From Paraburkholderia solisilvae (GTDB lineage: Bacteria; Pseudomonadota; Gammaproteobacteria; Burkholderiales; Burkholderiaceae): a stretch of 40,000 nt of DNA. Under the pieces are notes generated by a model. The model was given only the letters and a program-made list of their open reading frames with translations. It was not told the origin of the DNA and did not search any database. Numbering within the stretch: the first letter of the stretch is position 1; every line of letters begins with the position of its first letter. The DNA is taken from assembly GCF_042682325.1 (NCBI RefSeq), contig NZ_JBHUHI010000001.1:3523622-3563621 (forward strand). Reading direction: 5' to 3'. Positions 1 to 8,240 of the stretch are shown here, piece after piece. The translations under genes were made by a program, and so were the position numbers.

Positions 1-430
1 TCGTGTGCCGTGGAATAAAGGCAAGCTCACGGGGCAGACGCCACCGTTGAAACTTCCTGAGATCTGGGCCATCCGGACCCGGCTGCAGATTGCATCGAAC
101 GTTCGGGAGCTAGCGATGTTCAATCTCGCGATTGATAGCAAGCTTCGCGCATGTGACCTGACTCGGCTGCGCGTGCAGGACATCTGTCACGGCAATCACG
201 TCGGGTCGCGCGCAATAGTGATGCCGCAGAAGACGCAACGGTCAGTGCAGTTCGAAATAACGGAGCACACCCGTCAGAGCGTGGAGGCTTGGATCGCCGC
301 ACGTCACCTGAAATCTGCCGACTATCTTTTCCCGAGCCGGATACATACATCGCAGCATCTTTCGACTCGTCAATACGCACGGTTGGTACACCGGTGGGTT
401 GCGTCGATAGGACTGGACGACACCGCGTAA
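1..430 (+). pseudogene. Tyrosine recombinase (phage-integrase family) fragment; 5' end off-window, 3' truncated before the H-x-x-R / Tyr catalytic region
   Basis: The frame of ORF 5..430 is open to the window edge. The peptide NLAIDSKLRACDLTRLRVQDI ... QKTQRSVQFEITEHTRQSVEAWI ... YLFPSR ... LSTRQYARLVHRWVASIGLD is the first half of an integrase catalytic domain. It stops at GLDDTA*, where family members continue into the THS-RRTK / LGH / Tyr motifs. Confidence 0.6.
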
Positions 431-746
431 AATCACGCTCGAGGACGTCGAGGAAGATCCCGAGCACGTGGCGATGGGCGATGTGGAATACGAGATTTCG
501 ACGACCGGCAACTACCCCGATGCAGGCTGCCAGCTGCTCGGCGACGCACACATACTGAAGCGCCACAACCGCTATATCCTCGAGGACCGCACCGCAGCGT
601 ACCTGCTCACCGACAACTGTAAGTTCGACGGATAACCACGACGAAGGTAACGACATGAAGCGAGCGAAAATCTTCACCGTAACTGAGACGGCGAAGATCA
701 AAGGATGACCTTGCCCTCGTTTGACGAATCCCATAGCTGGGGGGAA

Positions 747-1667
747 TTATGCGGCTTCGCCTCTTTGAGCTGCGAACCAGTTCTTTTCGAACGTCATGGG
801 GCTGACGTAATCGAGCGTTGAATGTAACCGGCGCGCATTGTAAAAGCCCAGCCAGTCAATCACCTCATCCATTGCTACTCGCCGAGTGGCGAAGTGTCGT
901 CCGTGCATGCGTGCTACCTTCAGCGAACCCCATAGACTTTCCGTCGGCGAATTATCCCAACAATTTCCACGTCGGCTCATCGACGAACGCATGCCGTAGG
1001 CCTTCAACGTGTCCTGAAACAGGCCGCTGCAATATTGGCTGCCCCTGTCGCTATGCACGATTACGCCGGCCTCAGGGCGACGCCGGAACCACGCCATTCG
1101 CAATGCGTCCGTGACCAGTTCAGCTTTCATGTGCGGCTGCATCGACCAGCTCACCACCTGCCTGCTGAACAGGTCGATGATAACCGCGAGGTAGACCCAG
1201 CCTTCGGCTGTCGCCAGGTACGTGATGTCGGTCGTCCAGACCTGGTTCGGTGCGTTAGCGGTGAAGTTGCGCTCCAACAGATTCGGCGCCACCGGCAAAT
1301 CGTGGTTAGAGTTTGTCGTCGCGATGTACTTGCGCTTGTGGCGAGCTCGAATGCCATGCTGCGCCATCAGTTTGCGAACCCGTTCTTTACCCACGCGCAC
1401 GCCTTGTGTGAGCAACTCCTTCCACATGCGGGGCCAGCCGTATTCGCCTTTAACCTGCGTGTGAATCGCCTTGACTTGCGCGAGCAGTGCATCGTTGCTT
1501 ACGCCGCTTCGGTGCGGCTTGTCCTGCGCGGTGCGTTGCCGGCGCTGATGATATCCGCTGGGACTGACTTCCAGCACTTCGCATAGCACCGAGACTGGCC
1601 AGTAGCGTCGATTGTGCTCGATGAACGCGTACTTCACATCGATTCCTTCGCGAAGTACGCTGCGCAC
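747..1667 (-). CDS. IS3-family transposase OrfB (DDE/RNaseH-fold integrase core), expressed as an OrfAB fusion
   Basis: DDE context: VWTTDITYL ... WVYLAVIIDLFSRQVVSW ... VHSDRGSQYCS ... SMSRRGNCWDNSPTESLWGSLK. It overlaps orfA in the -1 frame. Confidence 0.9.
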   Translation of the reverse strand: MRSVLREGIDVKYAFIEHNRRYWPVSVLCEVLEVSPSGYHQRRQRTAQDKPHRSGVSNDALLAQVKAIHTQVKGEYGWPRMWKELLTQGVRVGKERVRKLMAQHGIRARHKRKYIATTNSNHDLPVAPNLLERNFTANAPNQVWTTDITYLATAEGWVYLAVIIDLFSRQVVSWSMQPHMKAELVTDALRMAWFRRRPEAGVIVHSDRGSQYCSGLFQDTLKAYGMRSSMSRRGNCWDNSPTESLWGSLKVARMHGRHFATRRVAMDEVIDWLGFYNARRLHSTLDYVSPMTFEKNWFAAQRGEAA

Positions 1668-1930
1668 TTTTTTAATATATCTCGCTCCATCTTCAGGCGC
1701 GCTACCTCCGCACGCAGCCGCGCCAGCTCCATCTGTTCCGGGCTCACGGGCTTCGTGCCTGCTCCCGCGAGCTTGCCTTCCCGGTCAGCCTTCACCCAGT
1801 TGTACAGTGTCTGTTCAACCACACCCAGTGTCGCCGCCACTGCTGCCATGCTTTGCCCGGCTTTCACCAACCGTACCGCTTCCAGCTTGAACTCGAGCGT
1901 GTACTGTGCTCGCTTTGCCTTGCTTGTCAT
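1634..1930 (-). CDS. IS3-family transposase OrfA (HTH + leucine-zipper-like C-terminus)
   Basis: 98 aa: MTSKAKRAQYTLEFKLEAVRLVKAGQSMAAVAATLGVVEQTLYNWVK ... ELARLRAEVARLKMERDILKK is a typical IS3 OrfA. Confidence 0.9.
   Translation of the reverse strand: MTSKAKRAQYTLEFKLEAVRLVKAGQSMAAVAATLGVVEQTLYNWVKADREGKLAGAGTKPVSPEQMELARLRAEVARLKMERDILKKCAAYFAKESM
1667..1673 (-). promoter_or_regulatory. Programmed -1 ribosomal frameshift heptamer A AAA AAG
   Basis: The minus strand reads ..ata tta aaa aag tgc.. (orfA ..ILKKC..). Slipping -1 gives KKVRSVLREGIDVKY.., which is the start of the orfB frame. Confidence 0.7.
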
Positions 1931-2081
1931 CGTTCTTCTCCTTGCTTGAGTTTACCTGTTCAGCAAGGGATTCGTTTTTCGGGGGCAAGCTCACTCCCTG
2001 TACGCGCCACCATCTGATCCCAAGCAAACCGACCAAATAGGAGAACCGCCATGAGGTAATTTTCAACTACCGAGAACCTCA

Positions 2082-2315
2082 ATGAGCAGGAGCAGAAGGA
2101 AAACGCCGATTACGTCTCACGGCCTGTCCGAAGCAACCGACAAAGCCGCGTGGCACCGCGGATATCGCAAGCGCGAGCAGCAGCGCCTAAACGTCGAGCA
2201 CCTCGAATTCATCGAGCGCAGTCACCGAGAGTATTCCGACCCGTGGGGCATGCTCAAGGATGGCAAGTGCGCGTGGAATGCGAGCCTGTACGGCACGCGG
2301 TGGATGCGCAAATGA
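2082..2315 (+). CDS. Small basic hypothetical protein (77 aa), paralog 1
   Basis: MSRSRRKTPITSHGLSEATDKAAWHRGYRKREQQ...PWGMLKDGK. The stop overlaps the next start (ATGA at 2312..2315). Confidence 0.55.
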   Translation: MSRSRRKTPITSHGLSEATDKAAWHRGYRKREQQRLNVEHLEFIERSHREYSDPWGMLKDGKCAWNASLYGTRWMRK

Positions 2316-2542
2316 GCCGCAGCCGCCGAAAGACCCCGATTTTCGGGTACTCGCGCGCCGAGTCCGAAGCCGCAGACAAGGCCATCTGGCATCGGCGACA
2401 TCGCCGCGTGGAACGAAGCGCGTTAAAGGTCGCCGGCGTCGCCTACATGGCGACGAGTTACCGAGCGCATTCGAACCGGGCGTGGATGGCCAAAGACGGA
2501 CGCCAATACTATCCGGACGATCCGCGATATCTCCGCAAATGA
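2312..2542 (+). CDS. Small basic hypothetical protein (76 aa), paralog 2
   Basis: MSRSRRKTPIFGYSRAESEAADKAIWHRRHRRVERS...AWMAKDGR. It has the same N-terminal decapeptide and the shared DKA-WHR and W-x-KDG motifs. It is followed by a terminator. Confidence 0.55.
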   Translation: MSRSRRKTPIFGYSRAESEAADKAIWHRRHRRVERSALKVAGVAYMATSYRAHSNRAWMAKDGRQYYPDDPRYLRK

Positions 2543-2545
2543 AAG

Positions 2546-2569
2546 AAGCCGCCCTCGGGCGGCTTTTTC
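2546..2569 (+). terminator. Rho-independent terminator
   Basis: Stem aagccgccc / gggcggctt with loop tcg, followed by a T-run (2564..2568), 4 nt after the stop at 2542. Confidence 0.7.
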
Positions 2570-2940
2570 GTTGGCCGGTATTGGTGTGTCGGGAACCGGT
2601 CAAACCCTGCAGCGGCAGCCCATCCCGCGTTTCGCCCTGGCGGAGGCGCAGACAGCAAGGGGATCACGCGATCTACTTATCCGGCCGCTGTGACGAAAAC
2701 CGCATCTGCGCGCCGGCTTGGGTGCGATTTTTTTTCGACCTGGGGTTTTCGTACATCCCAACTGAGAGCCTTATAAAACAAGGGCTTGCAACCGGGCGAT
2801 TTGTTGCTCGAGCAGAATATTGTCCATGGGGCAGAAACGCCCGTCGCCGGCGCTCCGCGGGCTATGTTGCAGCGGCGTGATTTCGGATAGAGTATTTTCT
2901 TCGCACCGCGAACGGTTGCACACGCAACCAGAAAGTGAAA

Positions 2941-2968
2941 AGCCCCGATCTCGACAATCGGGGCTTTT
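2941..2968. terminator. GC-rich hairpin, possible bidirectional terminator
   Basis: Stem agccccgat / atcggggct with a 7-nt loop, flanked by gaaa.. and ..tttt. It lies in a ~590-bp stretch with no credible ORF. Confidence 0.4.
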
Positions 2969-3128
2969 CGAAGGCTGATCCGTGGGCAAACGGGAAAGCC
3001 GGGCAACAGGACTAACAGGACATTCGACGAGTGGAAATGTTAGCCCAGCACCGGCAGATTCGCAACACCAACCCGTCGTCTTCGGGTCGCCTTCGAACTG
3101 AGATCCAACACTCATCGAAGGAACCCAG

Positions 3129-3608
3129 ATGGTTACACTTGCAGAACTGAAGCAGCAATACGCTGACCAACCGGCGGCGATCACACATCCTGATACTGGC
3201 CCATCGCGGTCGATGCGCCGCACCCATGCGCGCTCGGAGCGTACTGCCAAAGCGGACCGCTTCTTTCGTATCATCGGCGTCGGTCCCGGCTCCAGATTCC
3301 GTCGTCGCCTGGCCGTCGCGCGCATCATCAAGCGCACGAACATCGAGAGGCGCATGCCGGTCGTCGCCGACTTGCGGCCGATCATCATGTCGTTCAACGT
3401 GATGCGCCGCGCTGAGGCATGGATCGCCATGCGCCGCGAGCTGACGCCAGCTGATGACTCTAACGACGCCAGCTTGTCCTTCATTGTCCCGCCGCCTTCC
3501 CTGCCAGCACCGCCTCCTCCTGCTTCAGCTCCCACGCCTTACATCCTGCCTATTAGGCAGAGATTTTTCACAGCACTGTCACGCAAGGCCGTCGCGAGGT
3601 TCGCATGA
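3129..3608 (+). CDS. Hypothetical protein (159 aa); strand assignment ambiguous
   Basis: AAGGA lies 7 nt upstream of the ATG, and there is an ATGA overlap with the next gene. GC3 cannot discriminate it from the antisense ORF 2771..3535, because the third codon positions coincide. Confidence 0.4.
   Translation: MVTLAELKQQYADQPAAITHPDTGPSRSMRRTHARSERTAKADRFFRIIGVGPGSRFRRRLAVARIIKRTNIERRMPVVADLRPIIMSFNVMRRAEAWIAMRRELTPADDSNDASLSFIVPPPSLPAPPPPASAPTPYILPIRQRFFTALSRKAVARFA
3546..3579. repeat. Two short palindromes upstream of the 3605 start (possible operator)
   Basis: ctgcct-att-aggcag (3546..3560) and acagcactgt (3570..3579), in a locally AT-richer patch just before GAGGT-N6-ATG at 3605. Confidence 0.25.
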
Positions 3609-3805
3609 ACACATTCGATGAAGTGTCACATGCAGCTCGCTGGGATGCCGCGCATTGGGTCGCGCACGGCGTCGCGTCGGTCCCTCAGCGGCATAAGGAC
3701 GCCGCGGTTAAGGGCGTGATCGCCGGTCTGCTGCGCCTGCTTCCGCCTGCACCTGAAGGGCGCCGCGCTGTTTTTGATCCGCGTCTCTGGTCGGAGGTGC
3801 GCTAG
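3605..3805 (+). CDS. Hypothetical protein (66 aa)
   Basis: GAGGT lies 6 nt upstream. Its stop overlaps the next gene's GTG start (TAGTG at 3803..3807). Confidence 0.45.
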   Translation: MNTFDEVSHAARWDAAHWVAHGVASVPQRHKDAAVKGVIAGLLRLLPPAPEGRRAVFDPRLWSEVR

Positions 3806-4677
3806 TGGCCCGCATTCGCACCATCAAGCCCGACTTCTGGACCGATGAAAAAGTGGTCGAGCTTTCGCTTGCAGCTCGCCTGTTCTTCATCGGCTCATGG
3901 AACTTCGCGGACGACAACGGCAACCTCCAGCGGTCAGCCAAAAAACTGAAGATGCAGATCTTCCCGGCCGACGCGATTGACTGCGAGCCGATTATTCACT
4001 CACTGATCGCTCACGGATTACTCACTGAGTATTCCGTGAGTGGCGAAAACTATTTGCATATCATGGGTTTTAAGCGCCATCAGGTCATCAACCGTCCGTC
4101 GAAAACGGTCCTTCCGCAGCCTGATCCTGCTGTTCTTGCGGGGACACTCACGGAGTGCTCATTGATGGAAGGGAAGGGAAAGGAGTTAACTACTACTACG
4201 TCCCCAGGGCGTGACGTCCCTGGCGACCTGGTAGCAGCACCGGTGGCCAGGGACGAACCCGAACCCGCCGAAGCAGACGGTCAGCAGCCGTTCGAGCTCA
4301 CTGCACCGACGGCAACCAAGGCGGTATCGAAGCTGCCAGCGTGCCCGGTCGAAGAGATCGTCAGGCTGTACCACGAGTGCATGCCCGACAACCCGCGCGT
4401 GCGCCTGATCAGCGACGAGCGCCGGCGAATCGTCGAGAAGCGCTGGCGACAGGCCGCGAAGATGACGGCCGTGCCGTTCGGCTATGGGTCAACGGCTGAG
4501 GGCGTGGCTGCATGGCGCACGTATTTCGAGGTCTGCAGCCAATCGCTGTTCCTGACGAACCGGACGCCACCAAGCCCGCGTCACGAGAACTGGCGAGCCG
4601 ATTTCGATTTTCTGATCAGCGAAAAGGGCTTCACCCGCGCACTTGAAAACCGCTACCACCCCGAGGCAGCCGCATGA
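3805..4677 (+). CDS. Phage/integrative-element replication-associated protein (helicase-loader/initiator-like)
   Basis: GTG start with GGAGGTG 4 nt upstream. N-terminus ARIRTIKPDFWTDEKVVELSLAARLFFIGSWNFADDNGN is a conserved motif I recognise from prophage/ICE genes sitting upstream of helicase or primase genes. ATGA overlap with dnaB. Confidence 0.8.
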   Translation: MARIRTIKPDFWTDEKVVELSLAARLFFIGSWNFADDNGNLQRSAKKLKMQIFPADAIDCEPIIHSLIAHGLLTEYSVSGENYLHIMGFKRHQVINRPSKTVLPQPDPAVLAGTLTECSLMEGKGKELTTTTSPGRDVPGDLVAAPVARDEPEPAEADGQQPFELTAPTATKAVSKLPACPVEEIVRLYHECMPDNPRVRLISDERRRIVEKRWRQAAKMTAVPFGYGSTAEGVAAWRTYFEVCSQSLFLTNRTPPSPRHENWRADFDFLISEKGFTRALENRYHPEAAA

Positions 4678-6086
4678 GCGCGATTCACGAAAACCCAGTG
4701 GCCGACGTCACCGTCGAAGCCGAGCAGGCGATACTCGGCGCGTTGCTCACCGACTCGCGCGCTATCGACCGCGTCGAGTTCCTGCGCGATGAGCAATTCT
4801 TCTTGCAAACCCACCGCCGCATCTTTGCCGCCATCCGCCGGATCTCGGCCCGAGGCGACGTGCCCGATGTGATGCTCGTGTGGACCGCGTTGAAGGACGC
4901 AAGCCATGCCGAGAACGACTCGCTCGCGTACCTCAACCAGATCGCGGGAAGCAGCCCGGGCGGCGCCAATGCGAAGCGCTATGCCCGCATGGTCGCCGAC
5001 CGCTGGACACTGAGGAACATCGCCAGCGTCGCGCTCGATCTCGCGGATAAGGCGCGCAATCCCAAGGGTACCGAACCAGCTGCAATCGTCGAGACCGCGA
5101 TCACCGCGCTCGAGGCGCTGCTGCCGAAAGCACCCAAAAGCCGCCAGTTCCTCAGCGGATGGTTGACGGACATCGTCGACCGCATCGATGCCGAGTACCA
5201 GGGCAACGCCGAGCGCACGAAACTCGTATCGACCGGGCTGCGCGATCTCGACGCGAAGCTCGACGGCGGCATGCGGCCCGGCGAAGTCATCATCGTCGCT
5301 GGACGCCCGAGCATGGGCAAGACGGCCGCGGCGCTCGGGATCGCAGACGCCGCCAGTACGACCGATGCGCCGGCGCTGGTCTTTAGCCAGGAGATGCCCG
5401 GCGAGCAGTTGGCGTTGCGTGCGCTCTCGCGGGCGTCAGGCATCCCCATCCCAAAGCTGAAAGATGGCAGCAAGATGGTCGATGCCGACTTCGCGCTGCT
5501 CACCACAGGCCTCGCCGATCTGAACGACGACCGGATCCTCATCGATGACCGTCCTGAGCTGTCGATCGCACAGATCCGCAGCAGCGCCCGCGATGTCAAG
5601 CGCGAGCATGGAAAGCTCGGCGTCATCGTGGTCGACTACCTGCAGCTGATGGCCGAGACCGAAGGCAGCAACCGCACGCAATCCGTCGGCGCGAACAGCC
5701 GCGGCCTCAAAGCACTGGCAAAGGAGCTGGACGTCCCCGTCGTCGTGCTCGCGCAGCTGAACCGCAAGCTCGAAGAGCGCGCCGACAGGCGTCCGATCAT
5801 GTCCGACCTGCGCGACTCGGGCGAGATCGAGCAGGACGCCGACATCGTGGTGCTGCTCTACCGCGACGAGGTCTACAACCCGGACAGCGCAGACAAGGGC
5901 ATCGTCGAACTCAACGTGGCCAAGCAGCGCAATGGCTCGACTGGCGTCGTGCCGGCGATCTTCGTCGGCGAGCGCACAGCGTTCCTCGACGCGCATGCCG
6001 GCGTGCAATTCGGTGCGGTGCGCGAGAAGAAAGCGGTGGGCTTCGGCTCAAGGCGCGCGTCCAAGCTTTACACGGAGATCGACTAA
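4674..6086 (+). CDS. dnaB: Replicative DNA helicase, DnaB family (element-encoded)
   Basis: Walker A GRPSMGKTAAAL, Walker B VIVVDYLQLM, LAQLNRKLE, and SDLRDSGEIEQDADIVVLLYRDEVY. Confidence 0.95.
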   Translation: MSAIHENPVADVTVEAEQAILGALLTDSRAIDRVEFLRDEQFFLQTHRRIFAAIRRISARGDVPDVMLVWTALKDASHAENDSLAYLNQIAGSSPGGANAKRYARMVADRWTLRNIASVALDLADKARNPKGTEPAAIVETAITALEALLPKAPKSRQFLSGWLTDIVDRIDAEYQGNAERTKLVSTGLRDLDAKLDGGMRPGEVIIVAGRPSMGKTAAALGIADAASTTDAPALVFSQEMPGEQLALRALSRASGIPIPKLKDGSKMVDADFALLTTGLADLNDDRILIDDRPELSIAQIRSSARDVKREHGKLGVIVVDYLQLMAETEGSNRTQSVGANSRGLKALAKELDVPVVVLAQLNRKLEERADRRPIMSDLRDSGEIEQDADIVVLLYRDEVYNPDSADKGIVELNVAKQRNGSTGVVPAIFVGERTAFLDAHAGVQFGAVREKKAVGFGSRRASKLYTEID

Positions 6087-6111
6087 CGTGCGCCCTGGGG
6101 GCAAGCGGTGC

Positions 6112-6945
6112 TCACGTTTCGGCGCGTTGCCCAATCCAAGACAGTACGGTGAGCACATCGCGGTATACCTCATTGACCATTTTTTCTTTGGAAAGCAGGC
6201 CGTCAAAGTACGTGGCGTACGCGATGTACATCATGTCGGCGACGTCGCTAGCGAGGTGATCGCTCCCGACGGAGCGATGGCCTCCACTGAGCAGCTTGCG
6301 GAGGAAAAGCAGGTAGTTCGCTATTGAATATCGGGCAGGAAGTCGTCGCACAGCCGCGTCCAACCGCCGCGGGAAGTCCTGCACGTCAGGATGCTTGCTG
6401 AGCGAGAAGGCGGTAAGTTCCAGCATCTGACGAACGATCTTGTTTCGCAGCGGACCACTGGTATGGTCGAGGCCCATTCGTAGTTGACGCTTATCGGCGT
6501 CGGTATAGATCGAGGCCATTCCATCGTATGCAGCTGGTATTTCAGCAACGTCGCGGCGTACTCGGTTGAAATGTTCAACGGCGTCCGTCGCAGTCCGTTG
6601 CACTGCGCGAATATGAGGCTCATCGCCACCTGCTGCACGTTTGATTTGCCCGTAAAACTGCGCAAACCCCGCTGTCTGCTCCTTGTCCACCATCCAACGC
6701 GTGTGGTTCTTTGTGTCAGCTGCGGTCTTTACGATTATGCGAGTCCCTCGCAGGATGAGGACCTGCTGCGGGAATCGATGGAGAATCTCGTACGACCGTT
6801 CAAGATTCCTGACGGGGTCGCCTTTGTACGCCTCCATGCCGGCTATGTCTGGAAGCACAGCGATGTTCGCCTTGGATGTCTCGAGGTAGCGCGTCAAGTC
6901 AGGCGACTGAAAGTAGTTTGCGTCGATTATTTTTCGCACGAGCAA
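6112..6945 (-). CDS. Hypothetical protein (277 aa), possible PIN-like fold
   Basis: Long clean ORF with locally lower GC. N-terminus KIIDANYF and C-terminus DVADMMYIAYATYFDGLLSKEK are reminiscent of the first and last acidic motifs of PIN-like domains. This assignment is weak. Confidence 0.7.
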   Translation of the reverse strand: MLVRKIIDANYFQSPDLTRYLETSKANIAVLPDIAGMEAYKGDPVRNLERSYEILHRFPQQVLILRGTRIIVKTAADTKNHTRWMVDKEQTAGFAQFYGQIKRAAGGDEPHIRAVQRTATDAVEHFNRVRRDVAEIPAAYDGMASIYTDADKRQLRMGLDHTSGPLRNKIVRQMLELTAFSLSKHPDVQDFPRRLDAAVRRLPARYSIANYLLFLRKLLSGGHRSVGSDHLASDVADMMYIAYATYFDGLLSKEKMVNEVYRDVLTVLSWIGQRAET

Positions 6946-7309
6946 ATCCTGTGGGCAGCTATTAGTCGCGCCGTCGGGGGGCCGCCGCGACGGTTATGCG
7001 AGGGTCATTATCGGTCATTGCGTGCCGTGGCCAGCTTGGCGCATCAAGCCCAAGCAGATCCCGGGCGACGAGGCAGAACCCAATCAACGCGATGTGCCAT
7101 CGCCACGGCCCCGCAAACCGGCTGGCGATGGGCACGGCAAGGGGCGGGGCGGCAATTGGCGTGGCAGCCGCACAGACCGCGTGTCACGCGACGCCGATCA
7201 GTTGCAGCAGCCGGGCGGAACAGAGATCGCAAGGAGGCTTTACGGCGACGGCGCTAAGAATACGATGGCGGGCGGCTTCGACACGATGCCGGACGACGAC
7301 GTTTGAACG

Positions 7310-8092
7310 TCACGCGAAACCGTTGCCGGGTACCGAATGCAGCGAGAAGGCAAAATCGTATTCCAAGAGATGCACATTGCTCACGGCCGCTACGGCGTAT
7401 CTGAGGCTTTCAGAGATGGACGCCCCGATGATCACGCCGAAAACGGCGCGCCCTTGCGCGATATGCATTCGCACCCAGCCCATATATCGAAGAAGCTGAC
7501 TGAGCGCCTTGTCCGTTGCCGCACCACGCTTCAGTTCGATGACGTAAAGAGCGTCGTTTGCGATCGCTAAAATGTCGATTCGGCCAACGCCGGTCTGATA
7601 TTCAACGCCGCGTTTACCGTCGGCATTGAATAGTGCGAGTGGGCGCTTGTGCCCCGGCATTGTTGGCAGATTGTCGACTATGAAGTTGTTCAGCTGGCGT
7701 TCTATCGGAAATTCGGTGAGGTGGACAAGCGACGCGGGATGTGTCTCACCCGTGACACGCTCGAGCAGACGTAATGTTTTGGCGCGACAATCACCTGCCC
7801 ACTTCCCCGGAACGCTATCACCCAAGGCCTGCATGGCGGCGAAAACATGCCCGACGCCGCGAAGGTAGGTAGATGCTACGGATAACGAATCCTGGGCGTT
7901 CGCATCGTCTACCCAGTCTTGTAGCAATGCCAAAACGCAATGCAGGAGATTCTCACTGATTGCGGTCAGCGATTGAAACAGGTCGTCGTGTTCGGTTTCT
8001 CTGTATGCGTACTCGAAGCTTCCGAGCAGTTCAGAAATCCGTTCGGCGACAACGCGCAGGATCGCGCGGCTGTCTCGGCTAGCTTCGATCAT
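7310..8092 (-). CDS. NucS/DUF91-like PD-(D/E)xK nuclease-domain protein with an unassigned helical N-terminal domain
   Basis: C-terminus ERQLNNFIVDNLPTM...GVEYQTGVGRIDILAIANDALYVIELKRGAATDKALSQLLRYMGWV carries the D...ExK core and the QL-RY motif of NucS C-domain-like nucleases. The start is set at the first ATG (8092) downstream of the overlap with gene 8241..8522; the exact start is uncertain. Confidence 0.75.
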   Translation of the reverse strand: MIEASRDSRAILRVVAERISELLGSFEYAYRETEHDDLFQSLTAISENLLHCVLALLQDWVDDANAQDSLSVASTYLRGVGHVFAAMQALGDSVPGKWAGDCRAKTLRLLERVTGETHPASLVHLTEFPIERQLNNFIVDNLPTMPGHKRPLALFNADGKRGVEYQTGVGRIDILAIANDALYVIELKRGAATDKALSQLLRYMGWVRMHIAQGRAVFGVIIGASISESLRYAVAAVSNVHLLEYDFAFSLHSVPGNGFA

Positions 8093-8240
8093 CGACCGAA
8101 TATGTTCTAAGTCTTGTCCGCTGCCCAAACTGTTCCCCGTGCTGTTTTTGGTGGGGCGGCACAGTACCAGACGGGAAATCCCGTTCTTAATGCGGATCAG
8201 ACGCGAGTGATGGGATTGCGAAGACCGGACGCCACGCCGC

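Larger units (their letters stand above)
706..1993 (-). mobile_element. IS3-family insertion sequence (orfA + orfB, -1 frameshift), 1288 bp
   Basis: Imperfect terminal inverted repeats: 706.. tgaccttgccctcgtttgacgaatccc versus the reverse complement of ..1993 tgagcttgcccccgaaaaacgaatccc (21/27 identical, TGA.. termini). It encloses overlapping orfA/orfB with an A6G slippery site. Confidence 0.9.

Noticed and set aside
432-635. Start-less 67-codon open frame with coding-like codon usage after the integrase stop
   Set aside because: It has no start codon, and I cannot assign the peptide to a family. It is mentioned in a finding but not called as a feature.
120-734. 204-aa minus-strand ORF overlapping the integrase fragment
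   Set aside because: It is antisense to a recognisable integrase-homologous frame. The product is R/S/C-rich with no motif, which is typical of a shadow ORF in high-GC DNA.
2771-3535. 254-aa minus-strand ORF (possible divergent repressor-like gene)
   Set aside because: It would read straight through the hairpin at 2941..2965. The product is C/W/S/R-rich with no HTH, and its third codon positions coincide with the plus ORF, so GC3 gives no support. The ambiguity is kept as a note on 3129..3608.
4979-6008. Long minus-strand ORFs (215 aa, 190 aa) inside dnaB
   Set aside because: They are antisense shadows of an unambiguous DnaB coding frame.
7022-7306. 94-aa plus-strand ORF with fairly high GC3 in the 6945..7310 gap
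   Set aside because: The product is a low-complexity basic/Gly-rich peptide. There is no RBS and no recognisable domain, so the support is insufficient.
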